Below, in pieces: positions 9,044 to 17,365 of a stretch of 38,676 bases of DNA (its first letter is position 1; each line of letters begins with the position of its first letter). Where the stretch lies: positions 1 through 38,676 of the forward strand of contig CAZASL010000001.1 of NCBI GenBank assembly GCA_964487875.1, in the 5' to 3' direction. The notes beneath the pieces are model-generated. The model ran no database searches. It had not been told where the DNA came from and was given only the letters and a program-made list of their open reading frames with translations. Both the position numbers and the translations under genes were made by a program. Source of the stretch: an uncultured Candidatus Saccharibacteria bacterium (GTDB taxonomy: Bacteria > Patescibacteriota > Saccharimonadia > Saccharimonadales > UBA4665).

Positions 9044-11276
9044 AAGTTTTGTGGTGCGATTTGCGCGCAAACATCACAAACTGCGCTGCTAATAGCGTAA
9101 GGCCTGCCGCCAGAGCAATATAGCCGGCTGCTATGAATGGCGGGTTGTAAGAGAACCGAACGCTTGACTCCCCTGCCGGTAGATCAACAGACTGGAAGAT
9201 TTCTTGGTTAGTACTTATGGGTTTTGATTGGCCATTAACGGAAGTCGCCCATCCGGGGAACGATAGTTCCTGCCTGGTTAGAGTAGATTTTTGCGGGCAG
9301 GAAACAGTTAACGAGTCGCGTCCATGGGCCGAGATGCTACAGGTATGCGACGTGGCAAAGTACGGTTGCGGTTTAGGTAATGCGAAGATCTCTATATTTG
9401 GGTCGCTGTAGACTTTGGCAAGGCCATACTGCATGCTATAGCTATTGTTAACCTGACCCGCATCCGTGACCAGGTATTTTACGCCAACCGCTTCGTAGTT
9501 GTTGATGTTCTTGCCAAATTCGTTGAGTGGCGTAGGGCCATTCGGATTAGTTCTCGTGTACCCAGTAAAAAGAATCGACGGGGTATTACTGTCCAAATTT
9601 TTAGTTATGTATTTGTCCCAAGCCTTAGGTATCGGTAGGTCATTGATATTAACAGATGCAATGTCGAAGTATGAACTGTAATTAGGTGCTATGGGGTGCA
9701 GTGTATAGAAGCGACTAAGTCCTAAGTTTTTCTGCAAATATGTTACCGGGGGCTGGTCTACACCAGTTGTTTTCGGCAATGCCAGAAAAGGAATAGTAAA
9801 CATTACGAGCGCATCAATGCTTAGAAGTGTAATCAGCCCGGCTAGTCTGATGCGTGGCTGGACAAATGCCAAAACAGCCACAACCACGACTGATAGACCC
9901 CAGACAATTGACACGACGGCCCAGTGTTTATGCTGCGGAAAAGCAGTCAGCTGGTGCAATAAATGGCGCGAGAGAAATGCCATTATCAGCACCCAAAGGC
10001 ATGCCACAGCACTTAGTATGACAATTCTTTTCTTCTCAATTTTGTTGCTAACCATGGCTTCAACACCAAACATTGCCAGTATGATGAGAGCCATGGCTAG
10101 AGCTGGCACAGAGTAACGGTAGAACGCTACCTGGTTCATGCCCGGTATAGTGTTAATGATCGTGTTAACTGGTTTGAAATTGTAGATTCTTAGGGCAACC
10201 GCCAATGCGAAGAGAGCCAAATATATTTTTTGGCTGCGTGGCCGTTTAGCAAAACAACCGAGTAGCGCGACCACAACTAGCGGCATGGTAATGTAGCCGC
10301 CAACGTTAGACCAGAATAAGTATAGATCCGTGGGGGTACCGTTTCTTATGAAATCAAAAATTGGCCCAAAGATGTATGGCATGAAAAGAGCTGGCAATGT
10401 ATCAAGCGACAAGCCGAGGTTCGCATAGCTTCCACTGCCGTGTCCGCCGGTTATAGCGTGTGGCAAGTAGTCAGCAAATGCGACCAATATCGGCGCGGCC
10501 AACAACAGGCCTACTGCCGTGCCAATGATAACTTTATAGATGTAGGGCTTTCTGTTCTTAGCTTTAATCTGGAGCAGACGTATTGCCGCCCATCCATACG
10601 CAAAGATAGCGTTGATGAAAGCACCCTCCGGGAAACCAGCATATAGAGATAAGCTGAGTGCTAGCGCTATCAATACCCAACCGCCCGTTCTTTTAGTTTC
10701 AGCACAATGAATTGCTTGTTCTACTCCAAGCAGCAGTAGGGGTAAGAACGCAATCGGATTAAAAGGCGCGTTGGTTAGCCATGCGAAGGCACCGCTCAGA
10801 GCAAACAACACGCCTCCCAGGACAGCTACGGCGAACCTCAATTTAAGTTTTCTGAAGAAGAAGTAAGTGGCTATACCGGCCATTAATTGCAGAACAAAAT
10901 GGAAGTACACCAAGCCATTACCAAAATGTAGCAACAATACCAGCGGGAATAACGCGGCTGACTGCATCTCACCCGCTAACGGTGCTCCGACGCCTTCATC
11001 GTGATTCCAGTAAGGAATATTGCCGTGTAGCCAATCTTCGGCTGCCCGATGCCCAAGAGCTTGGGAAGTAAAACCGTCATTCGGATCAATAGTACTCTGA
11101 CCATGTGTCACGCCCGAGGCTAACTCAGATGATAAGGCCGCCCTCTGGTATATAGGGTTTTGGCTGCGGTGGATAAATGGTGGGGTAACATATACAGCTA
11201 GCAATACCGCGAATATTATCAAAAAGGCTTTGGTGTTTTGACTGTCGCTAAGCCTCTTCAGCAGTTTGTGTGTCAT
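9030..11276 (-). CDS. Large polytopic membrane protein, YfhO-like GT-C glycosyltransferase candidate
   Basis: 748 aa with many hydrophobic helices. First external loop is DPNDGFTSQALGHRAAEDWLHGNIPYWNHDEGVGAPL. Has a ~200-aa non-membrane C-terminal domain plus a terminal TM. Adjacent to GtrA + GT2. TATACT lies 10 nt upstream of the ATG. Confidence 0.62.
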   Translation of the reverse strand: MTHKLLKRLSDSQNTKAFLIIFAVLLAVYVTPPFIHRSQNPIYQRAALSSELASGVTHGQSTIDPNDGFTSQALGHRAAEDWLHGNIPYWNHDEGVGAPLAGEMQSAALFPLVLLLHFGNGLVYFHFVLQLMAGIATYFFFRKLKLRFAVAVLGGVLFALSGAFAWLTNAPFNPIAFLPLLLLGVEQAIHCAETKRTGGWVLIALALSLSLYAGFPEGAFINAIFAYGWAAIRLLQIKAKNRKPYIYKVIIGTAVGLLLAAPILVAFADYLPHAITGGHGSGSYANLGLSLDTLPALFMPYIFGPIFDFIRNGTPTDLYLFWSNVGGYITMPLVVVALLGCFAKRPRSQKIYLALFALAVALRIYNFKPVNTIINTIPGMNQVAFYRYSVPALAMALIILAMFGVEAMVSNKIEKKRIVILSAVACLWVLIMAFLSRHLLHQLTAFPQHKHWAVVSIVWGLSVVVVAVLAFVQPRIRLAGLITLLSIDALVMFTIPFLALPKTTGVDQPPVTYLQKNLGLSRFYTLHPIAPNYSSYFDIASVNINDLPIPKAWDKYITKNLDSNTPSILFTGYTRTNPNGPTPLNEFGKNINNYEAVGVKYLVTDAGQVNNSYSMQYGLAKVYSDPNIEIFALPKPQPYFATSHTCSISAHGRDSLTVSCPQKSTLTRQELSFPGWATSVNGQSKPISTNQEIFQSVDLPAGESSVRFSYNPPFIAAGYIALAAGLTLLAAQFVMFARKSHHKTSNHD

Positions 11277-11341
11277 GTATTCGTTTAGTATAACGGACTC
11301 TTTTCTAGTCTTCCATGATGAACAGGCTATTATGCTTCTGT

Positions 11342-11370
11342 TTTAGCGTGCGCCGCTGAACTGATATACT
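11342..11370 (+). promoter_or_regulatory. Possible extended -10 promoter for the methyltransferase gene
   Basis: TGATATACT at 11362-11370 (TGn + TATACT). Weak -35 TTTAGC 17 nt upstream. Confidence 0.35.
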
Positions 11371-11414
11371 TTATTGGTATTTAATGGGTGGGCAGACAAG
11401 CACAAGGAGCATGC

Positions 11415-12071
11415 ATGAAGGATTACGTCCTTTCTATATACGCGGATCGTTTTGATAAAGATGCCCAGAAACGTGAAGTTATGTGGAAGGTTTTATGCAA
11501 TGACTATTTCCAAAAGTTCATAAAGCCAACCGACACCGTACTAGATTTGGCGGCAGGTTACTGTGAGTTTATCAATAATATCGAATGCAAAAAGAAGATT
11601 GCCGTCGACCTGAATGCCGCCACAAAGGAGAAGGCAGCAAAAGGCGTGAAGGTTTACCAGGCGCTTAGCACTAAACTCCCTAAAGCACTAACTGGGAAAG
11701 TAGACGTTGTTTTCACCAGCAACTTCTTTGAACATCTGGATAGTAAAAATGAACTCATCGATACGCTAAAAGAAATACATCGCGTACTCAAGCCGGGGGG
11801 CAAGCTTATGGTGCTGCAGCCGAATATCAGGCTGGTAGGTTCGCAATATTGGGACTATGTCGACCATACCTTGCCCTTGACTGAAAAAAGCTTACGAGAG
11901 GCGTTTTCATTGACGGATTTTAGCATAGATTATGAAAAGGTTCGGTTTTTGCCCTATACCGCCAATTCGAAAACTCCTGCCTGGCCATTATTAATCAAAA
12001 TGTATCTGCGCTTCCCGCCCATCCAGTTGCTTATGGGTAAACAAACGTTTGTTATCGCAAAAAGGGCTTAG
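11415..12071 (+). CDS. Class I SAM-dependent methyltransferase
   Basis: ATG at 11415 sits 5 nt after AAGGAG (11404-11409) and is preferred to the GTG at 11388. VLDLAAGYCEF (motif I), DVVFTSNFFEHL, LKPGGKLMV. Confidence 0.85.
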   Translation: MKDYVLSIYADRFDKDAQKREVMWKVLCNDYFQKFIKPTDTVLDLAAGYCEFINNIECKKKIAVDLNAATKEKAAKGVKVYQALSTKLPKALTGKVDVVFTSNFFEHLDSKNELIDTLKEIHRVLKPGGKLMVLQPNIRLVGSQYWDYVDHTLPLTEKSLREAFSLTDFSIDYEKVRFLPYTANSKTPAWPLLIKMYLRFPPIQLLMGKQTFVIAKRA

Positions 12072-13321
12072 TGTTTTATAAGACAGGTTCGCCAGTCCGG
12101 GCCTGGGTTAATATTCAGACACACGGTCTTGTCTTTAGAGGCATGCTGAAATTGTTTTGCCGAAATGACAAAATCAGCATTTTGTCTTGGCATATATGAA
12201 AAGTCTTTGATTACACCAGCACAAAAAATGAATACGATAGTAGCCATAGCAGTATATTTTACAAGCGCCGTTTTACTGCTGGCTAACCATACCAAACAGA
12301 GGAATAAACTTAGCATTGGCAAGAAGAAATAACGATTACCTGCTCCTTGTAAAATTGCCGGCCACTGATCAACTGTTGCGCTAGCTTGGGGTTTTATCAA
12401 GGCCACGAAAAATGTAAGCCAAGAAAAGGCAACAAAGGCTTTGAGCTGCAATGGGCCTTTCCATAAAACGTAAGCCAGAAATAGCAATGTCAGACTGCCT
12501 AGGACAACGAATATATGATGGTGTGTGGCGATGAGACCAGACGCTGTGTTCATACCCAGAAACATAGAGCTAACTATCCTTCCGCCAACTATGGATAGCA
12601 ATGTTTCAGGACTAGCACCCAAAGCACGCGATAGGCGGGAGCCTCCATGTGTTAATAAGTAAGCGACAGCCTGTGCGCCAGCGCAAGTAGCCAGTATATA
12701 CACATATGTGGTTACGGTCTTTTTGTTTCTCTGAAAATAGTATGCAATTGGCAGCAAGAAAACGACAAACGGGCCGGTCAGCCCGGAAACAACAAGAACT
12801 GGGTAATCAAAGTATCTCCACCGCTTTGATGTCCGGGGTACGATAATTACCATCAAGGCTAGCAAGGCTAGGTGCCAATTAACATTAGTTAAGTTAGCGT
12901 TGACCTCAAAGCTATTGGGAATTAGCAGGTAAAATAATGCAACCAGCGAGCTAACCTTCAGTGAGCCAAACGGTTTCTGGAAACGCTTGGTAAAAAGCAA
13001 CACTGCCGGTAGGATCTGCACAGTGGCGGCAGTAATTGTGAAGAGCAAGGGCGCAATCGCAAAAGGTAAAAATGTCGATATTGAGCCAACCAGACGCATC
13101 ATGAACTGTAAGCTACCGGCATATGGCCAAAACAGTGTCAGTAACGGGCCGTGGTTATAGGCCTGTCCGTACCAGTATTTGCCATCTTCTCCCCAGAATT
13201 GAGGATGTATGAATATACTCGGTTCACGAAGAAAGACTATAATACCACTGATAAAAGCGACGAGAATGATCGGCCAAAGCTTAGCCGGTTTGAAATGCCC
13301 CATTGCGCCATATTCTACCAT
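12068..13321 (-). CDS. Uncharacterised polytopic membrane protein, paralogue of 17366-18664 (GT-C-like candidate)
   Basis: 417 aa, multi-pass. Shares HPQFW.ED, EV..NLTN..W.LA, KRW..FD...GxTGPF, RYF..P and the C-terminal C..INP...W..CL motifs with the 432-aa protein. Confidence 0.75.
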   Translation of the reverse strand: MVEYGAMGHFKPAKLWPIILVAFISGIIVFLREPSIFIHPQFWGEDGKYWYGQAYNHGPLLTLFWPYAGSLQFMMRLVGSISTFLPFAIAPLLFTITAATVQILPAVLLFTKRFQKPFGSLKVSSLVALFYLLIPNSFEVNANLTNVNWHLALLALMVIIVPRTSKRWRYFDYPVLVVSGLTGPFVVFLLPIAYYFQRNKKTVTTYVYILATCAGAQAVAYLLTHGGSRLSRALGASPETLLSIVGGRIVSSMFLGMNTASGLIATHHHIFVVLGSLTLLFLAYVLWKGPLQLKAFVAFSWLTFFVALIKPQASATVDQWPAILQGAGNRYFFLPMLSLFLCLVWLASSKTALVKYTAMATIVFIFCAGVIKDFSYMPRQNADFVISAKQFQHASKDKTVCLNINPGPDWRTCLIKH

Positions 13322-13377
13322 AGTAACAGCGTGGCTATCTTAGTTGGTGGTGGTAGACAACCAATGCTTTATAATCA

Positions 13378-15015
13378 ATGCTAGCCTTCGTTTATGACAG
13401 GCACAGTGTTATGTTGATGCTTTTACTCTACTTTATATCTTTTCTGGGATTTGGTTTCTATTGCGCGCTCATAGCTCAGCAAAAAGGATTGTTCCCAAAA
13501 CAATTCTTATATATAGCCTCCGTAACCTTCAGCTTAGTTGTATCGTATCTACTCTTTTACATCTATGCCTACAGTTATCATTTAGGCCATTTTTTAGCGC
13601 TAACATTTTTGGTAGCGGGGTCGGCCGGCTGGCTCTTAAGTATTCGGGCGCTACAACACGACAAGCAAGCTTGGAAAATAACAAAGGTTTTCTTTGTTAC
13701 CCCACTACTGGCTGTCGTTGGATTGCTAATTATATATACTCACTTCTTTTACGGTTGCTATGGTCAGCCTTCGGTAATAGATGGGTGGGGAGAGATACAG
13801 AACCCTGCTTTTTGCCAAATTGCAGTCTTACCGATTGATAATGCACTCCCCTACATATACGGACAAAACGTTCTGACAAACCACGCACGGTCGCAGGTGA
13901 TTGACTGGGGCATTACCGATCGACCGCCACTTCAGATAGGTGCCGTTTTACCAATTTTAGACTTCGAGCAACACGCACAAGTCTATGTACGCTACGCTCA
14001 GTACAATCTATTCTCGACTTTTCTACAATTGAGCTGGGTTGGAGTGATGTGGGGTGCGTTGAACATATTGCTCAAGAATCGTCGGCATATATGGGGCTTG
14101 TTGGTGGGGTTTTCTACAGTCGGTTTCTTTTATCTTAATTCTATTTTTGTATGGCCAAAGCTGATGGCGGCCAGTCTGACCGTTTTCGGTGTAATGATGT
14201 TGATTAACGCAAACGACAAAACCAGACGGTTGTTCGACTACCGTTACGCAGTAATGTCAGCAATGGCTATAACACTTGGGTTGCTGGCCCACGGCGGGGT
14301 GATATTTACGTTATTAGCTCTTGTTCCCATTATGCTTTACGATTTCTGGCGCCATACACCCCGGCCAAAGGTAAGCTGGCAACATGCGGCTGCGGCCATA
14401 ATGGTTGCTTTAATACTGCTCTTGCCCTGGCAGCACATAAAAAGCCAGCTTACTAGCCACGATCGCCTTATAAAATGGCAGTTTGCAGGTGTGGTTTCGG
14501 CTGATGACCCACGCGGGACTTTGCAGACTATAGAACAGCAGTACCAGAAACTAACATTTCATGAATGGATACAAGATAAAAAGGTCAATGCCCAAACTCT
14601 ATATAATGGTGGCGTAAACTCCAATTGCGCATTGAGCTTTAGGACAGTTTTTGACAGGTGCAATATGGCTACATGGCGCGATCGCACTTTCTTTAGTACG
14701 TTTTTTGCTTTTGAGTTTTTCATTTTTGGGTTCTTGATAGTTCTATGGCAGTTACTCCACCGCTCACTCGACAAAGTCGACAAAACCCTACTCTGGATTG
14801 GGTTCATGACTATGGCTGTTTGGGTTCTGTTAATGTTCCTGCCAGGCAGTACGGTAGTTCACCAAGGCTCCTATGCCACTATGATACTTCTGTTTATTCT
14901 TTTCGGTAAAAAAATAGCAGCACTGCCCCGAACAGTTTTCGCTACTCTAATTAGTCTGCAACTATTGTTATTTTATCTAGCCTGGCTGCGACCTTTCGGT
15001 ATCCATATTGTGTAG
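13378..15015 (+). CDS. Uncharacterised polytopic membrane protein (545 aa)
   Basis: Long ORF, strongly hydrophobic throughout. One larger loop contains VIDWGITDRPPLQ. No family recognised. Divergent from 12068-13321 across 56 bp. Confidence 0.7.
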   Translation: MLAFVYDRHSVMLMLLLYFISFLGFGFYCALIAQQKGLFPKQFLYIASVTFSLVVSYLLFYIYAYSYHLGHFLALTFLVAGSAGWLLSIRALQHDKQAWKITKVFFVTPLLAVVGLLIIYTHFFYGCYGQPSVIDGWGEIQNPAFCQIAVLPIDNALPYIYGQNVLTNHARSQVIDWGITDRPPLQIGAVLPILDFEQHAQVYVRYAQYNLFSTFLQLSWVGVMWGALNILLKNRRHIWGLLVGFSTVGFFYLNSIFVWPKLMAASLTVFGVMMLINANDKTRRLFDYRYAVMSAMAITLGLLAHGGVIFTLLALVPIMLYDFWRHTPRPKVSWQHAAAAIMVALILLLPWQHIKSQLTSHDRLIKWQFAGVVSADDPRGTLQTIEQQYQKLTFHEWIQDKKVNAQTLYNGGVNSNCALSFRTVFDRCNMATWRDRTFFSTFFAFEFFIFGFLIVLWQLLHRSLDKVDKTLLWIGFMTMAVWVLLMFLPGSTVVHQGSYATMILLFILFGKKIAALPRTVFATLISLQLLLFYLAWLRPFGIHIV

Positions 15016-15034
15016 CGGATTGGCATAGCACCTC

Positions 15035-15063
15035 TGGACAACGGCCTGTTATCTTGTTATAAT
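15035..15063 (+). promoter_or_regulatory. Strong sigma70-like promoter with extended -10
   Basis: TGGACA (15035-15040), 17-nt spacer ending in TGT, TATAAT (15058-15063). Followed by AAGGG and the ATG at 15095. Confidence 0.6.
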
Positions 15064-15094
15064 TTTTACAAGAACACTTAAGGGTAAAAATAAA

Positions 15095-15658
15095 ATGAAG
15101 ATTCATCGCCTCGGTTCAAAAAAGACTATTATCGCTGCCGTAGTGCTGGTATTAGTTGTGGGTGCTGGCGTAATTTTGCATACGCATAGCGTGCATAAAG
15201 CCCAAAGCACCAGCGGCACCATACCTAACAGCAAGAAAGGGTCTTCTAGCTCTAATGCCAACGACAAAAAAACAGCAAGCGACCAAACTGATAGTTCATC
15301 AGCCCCCAACAAAACCCAGGAGGCTAGTTCGCCTGCAAGTAGTGATGCTTCTGGCACTTTGATAGCACCGTTTGGAACATTTGTCAGCAACCACAAGCCT
15401 GGTCAAAGTGGTTCACCAACTAGTGAGCAATCAGTTTGTAACACGACTCCTGGTGCGTCGTGCGATATTCAATTCACTAGTGGTGGCATCATGAAAAGCT
15501 TGGGCTCACAAACAGCTAACAGCAACGGCGCAACCTATTGGTCTTGGGACATAAAAGGTGGCACACTCGCACCAGGGACTTGGAAAGTGACAGCAGTGGT
15601 AAAATTAAATGGGCAGACTAAAACAACTGCTGACCCAATGTCACTCGAGGTACAATAA
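15095..15658 (+). CDS. Membrane-anchored/secreted protein with Ser-rich linker and small two-Cys beta-rich C-terminal domain
   Basis: 187 aa. N-terminal TM (IIAAVVLVLVVGAGVIL), a ~70-aa S/T/N/D-rich low-complexity linker, then a ~90-aa domain with two Cys. The stop TAA overlaps the next ATG (TAATG). Confidence 0.7.
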   Translation: MKIHRLGSKKTIIAAVVLVLVVGAGVILHTHSVHKAQSTSGTIPNSKKGSSSSNANDKKTASDQTDSSSAPNKTQEASSPASSDASGTLIAPFGTFVSNHKPGQSGSPTSEQSVCNTTPGASCDIQFTSGGIMKSLGSQTANSNGATYWSWDIKGGTLAPGTWKVTAVVKLNGQTKTTADPMSLEVQ

Positions 15659-17361
15659 TGATAAAAGGCACTTTTGGTAAAATAGTTTCTTTGGCTGCGA
15701 TAGGCGTTCTAGCTGCTTTGGTTGGGCTGTTACCACTGGCCTCTGCTGACTACAATCATAACTTAATAATAGCCGATTCTATATTCAATAATACTAACAC
15801 CTTGAATATAGGTCAGATAAATAGTTTTCTTAATCAATTCCCGAGTAGTTGTATAAGCCCTAATAACGGCTTCTCTTCTCCCGACCCAACTGGTTATTCT
15901 CCAGGTACCAGTTTCACATTTGGCGCTAACGTCACGGCGGGCCAGGTTATTTATGATGCAGCCCAGGCCTATGGGTTGAACCCCCAGGTTTTGCTTACTA
16001 CCTTACAAAAAGAACAGAGTCTGGTTACAGGATCAGCTGGTTGTTATCCCAATTCACCCGACCCCGGGAGCGCTACACCTATGACTAATGCTTGTGGGAA
16101 TGGGACACGTAATTGTACGAACGCTTGCGTACACTCTGGTGGCTGTATCCCCATTGCAGTAGGTTATGGCTGTCCTAATTATTGTGACGTGACTGATGAG
16201 GGTTTTAGTAAACAAGTTGTATTAGCCGCTTGGTTATTTAAATTTAGCCAACAGCGATCGCTCGGCAACACCGGTTGGAATGTCCAGGCCAACAATTTTC
16301 CGCAGAATGGGGATCATTGGGATAATTCTGACGATCCCCACACAGACTATAGTGGACCAATGACGCAGGGTAACCTGAGCCGTGGTAACGGTAGCCCAGT
16401 AACTTTCTACGATGGCTATACGACCATAGATGGACAGAGCGTTCATATGGACAGTGGCGCCACTGCGGCTTTGTACACATATACGCCTCATTTCTCTGGT
16501 AACCAAAGCTTCATTACCATTTTTACCAACTGGTTCGGTTCGACGACTTCCGACATAAATAATGATTATTTAACCTTCATACGGCTCAATCATAGTTCCG
16601 GCAACGTTGAAGACGTGGGCTATTCGTCCATAAGTAACTATGCTAATCTTTCGGGTTATTACTTGACCGGTTATCCGGCTGTGCCGGGTGATGGCTCAGT
16701 GGTGCCGCGATATTGGGTGAATGGCGATTTGGTTTTCTTGCGGCTCAATCACAGCTCGGGAAACACTGAGCTGGTTTCCTATAGCGCCACCAGCGGGTTC
16801 CACCAGATAGTAAATTACTCTCTTACGGGTTATCCGGCGGTTATACCTGATGGCTCAGTGGTGCCGCTGTTCTGGCCGCCGAATGGCGATTTGGTTTTCT
16901 TACGGCTCAATCACAGCTCGGGTAACGTCGAGTTGATTTCCTATAGCGTAGGCAGTAACTTCAAGAAAATTGTTAACTATCAATTGACCGGTTATCCGGC
17001 TGTGCCAGGTGATGGCTCAGTGGTGCCGCTGTTCTGGCCGAATGGAGACTTGGTGTTTGTCCGCCTAAACCACAACTCGGGTAACGTCGAGTTAGTATCG
17101 TACAGCGCTAGCAGCGGCTTTAAGAAAATCGATAATTATACATTGACTGGTTATCCGGCAGTGCCGGGCGATGGTGCTGTAGTGCCACGATTCAAGCCGA
17201 ATGGCGATCTTAGTTTTATCCGGCTTAATGACGGTTCGGGCAACGCACAGGTTGTAACGTACAGCGCTGCCAGTAATTACAAGCAGCTAGTTAGCATAAA
17301 GTACACTGGCTACCCGGCAGTTACACCTGATGGCTCAGTGGTGCCGCTCTTCACCCGTTAA
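15658..17361 (+). CDS. Secreted protein: Cys-rich N-terminal domain (possible lysozyme-like) + five ~53-aa repeats (beta-propeller-like)
   Basis: 567 aa. Signal peptide ending LPLASA/DY. YGLNPQVLLTTLQKEQSLVTG segment and 10 Cys in the N-terminal 300 aa. The C-terminal 267 aa are five tandem repeats. Confidence 0.75.
   Translation: MIKGTFGKIVSLAAIGVLAALVGLLPLASADYNHNLIIADSIFNNTNTLNIGQINSFLNQFPSSCISPNNGFSSPDPTGYSPGTSFTFGANVTAGQVIYDAAQAYGLNPQVLLTTLQKEQSLVTGSAGCYPNSPDPGSATPMTNACGNGTRNCTNACVHSGGCIPIAVGYGCPNYCDVTDEGFSKQVVLAAWLFKFSQQRSLGNTGWNVQANNFPQNGDHWDNSDDPHTDYSGPMTQGNLSRGNGSPVTFYDGYTTIDGQSVHMDSGATAALYTYTPHFSGNQSFITIFTNWFGSTTSDINNDYLTFIRLNHSSGNVEDVGYSSISNYANLSGYYLTGYPAVPGDGSVVPRYWVNGDLVFLRLNHSSGNTELVSYSATSGFHQIVNYSLTGYPAVIPDGSVVPLFWPPNGDLVFLRLNHSSGNVELISYSVGSNFKKIVNYQLTGYPAVPGDGSVVPLFWPNGDLVFVRLNHNSGNVELVSYSASSGFKKIDNYTLTGYPAVPGDGAVVPRFKPNGDLSFIRLNDGSGNAQVVTYSAASNYKQLVSIKYTGYPAVTPDGSVVPLFTR
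16558..17358 (+). repeat. Five in-frame tandem coding repeats (159-162 nt each)
   Basis: Consensus NGDLVFLRLNHSSGNVELVSYSA.S.FK.I.NY.LTGYPAVPGDGSVVPLFWP. GGTTATCCGGC recurs at 16669, 16828, 16990 and 17149, with a diverged copy (GGCTACCCGGC) at 17308. The 40-mers at 16669 and 16990 differ at 1 nt. Confidence 0.9.
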
Positions 17362-17365
17362 TATA

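Noticed and set aside
16558-17358. Regular ~160-nt periodic repeats as a possible CRISPR or satellite array
   Set aside because: The repeats are contiguous with no unique spacers, stay in frame within a 567-aa ORF and encode a conserved protein unit. No cas genes are present.
15658-17361. N-glycosylation hypothesis: 13 N-x-S/T sequons counted in the 567-aa protein next to GT-C-like genes
   Set aside because: The protein is rich in Asn/Ser/Thr, so roughly this many sequons are expected by composition. None of the four polytopic proteins shows an STT3/PglB WWDxG-type motif.
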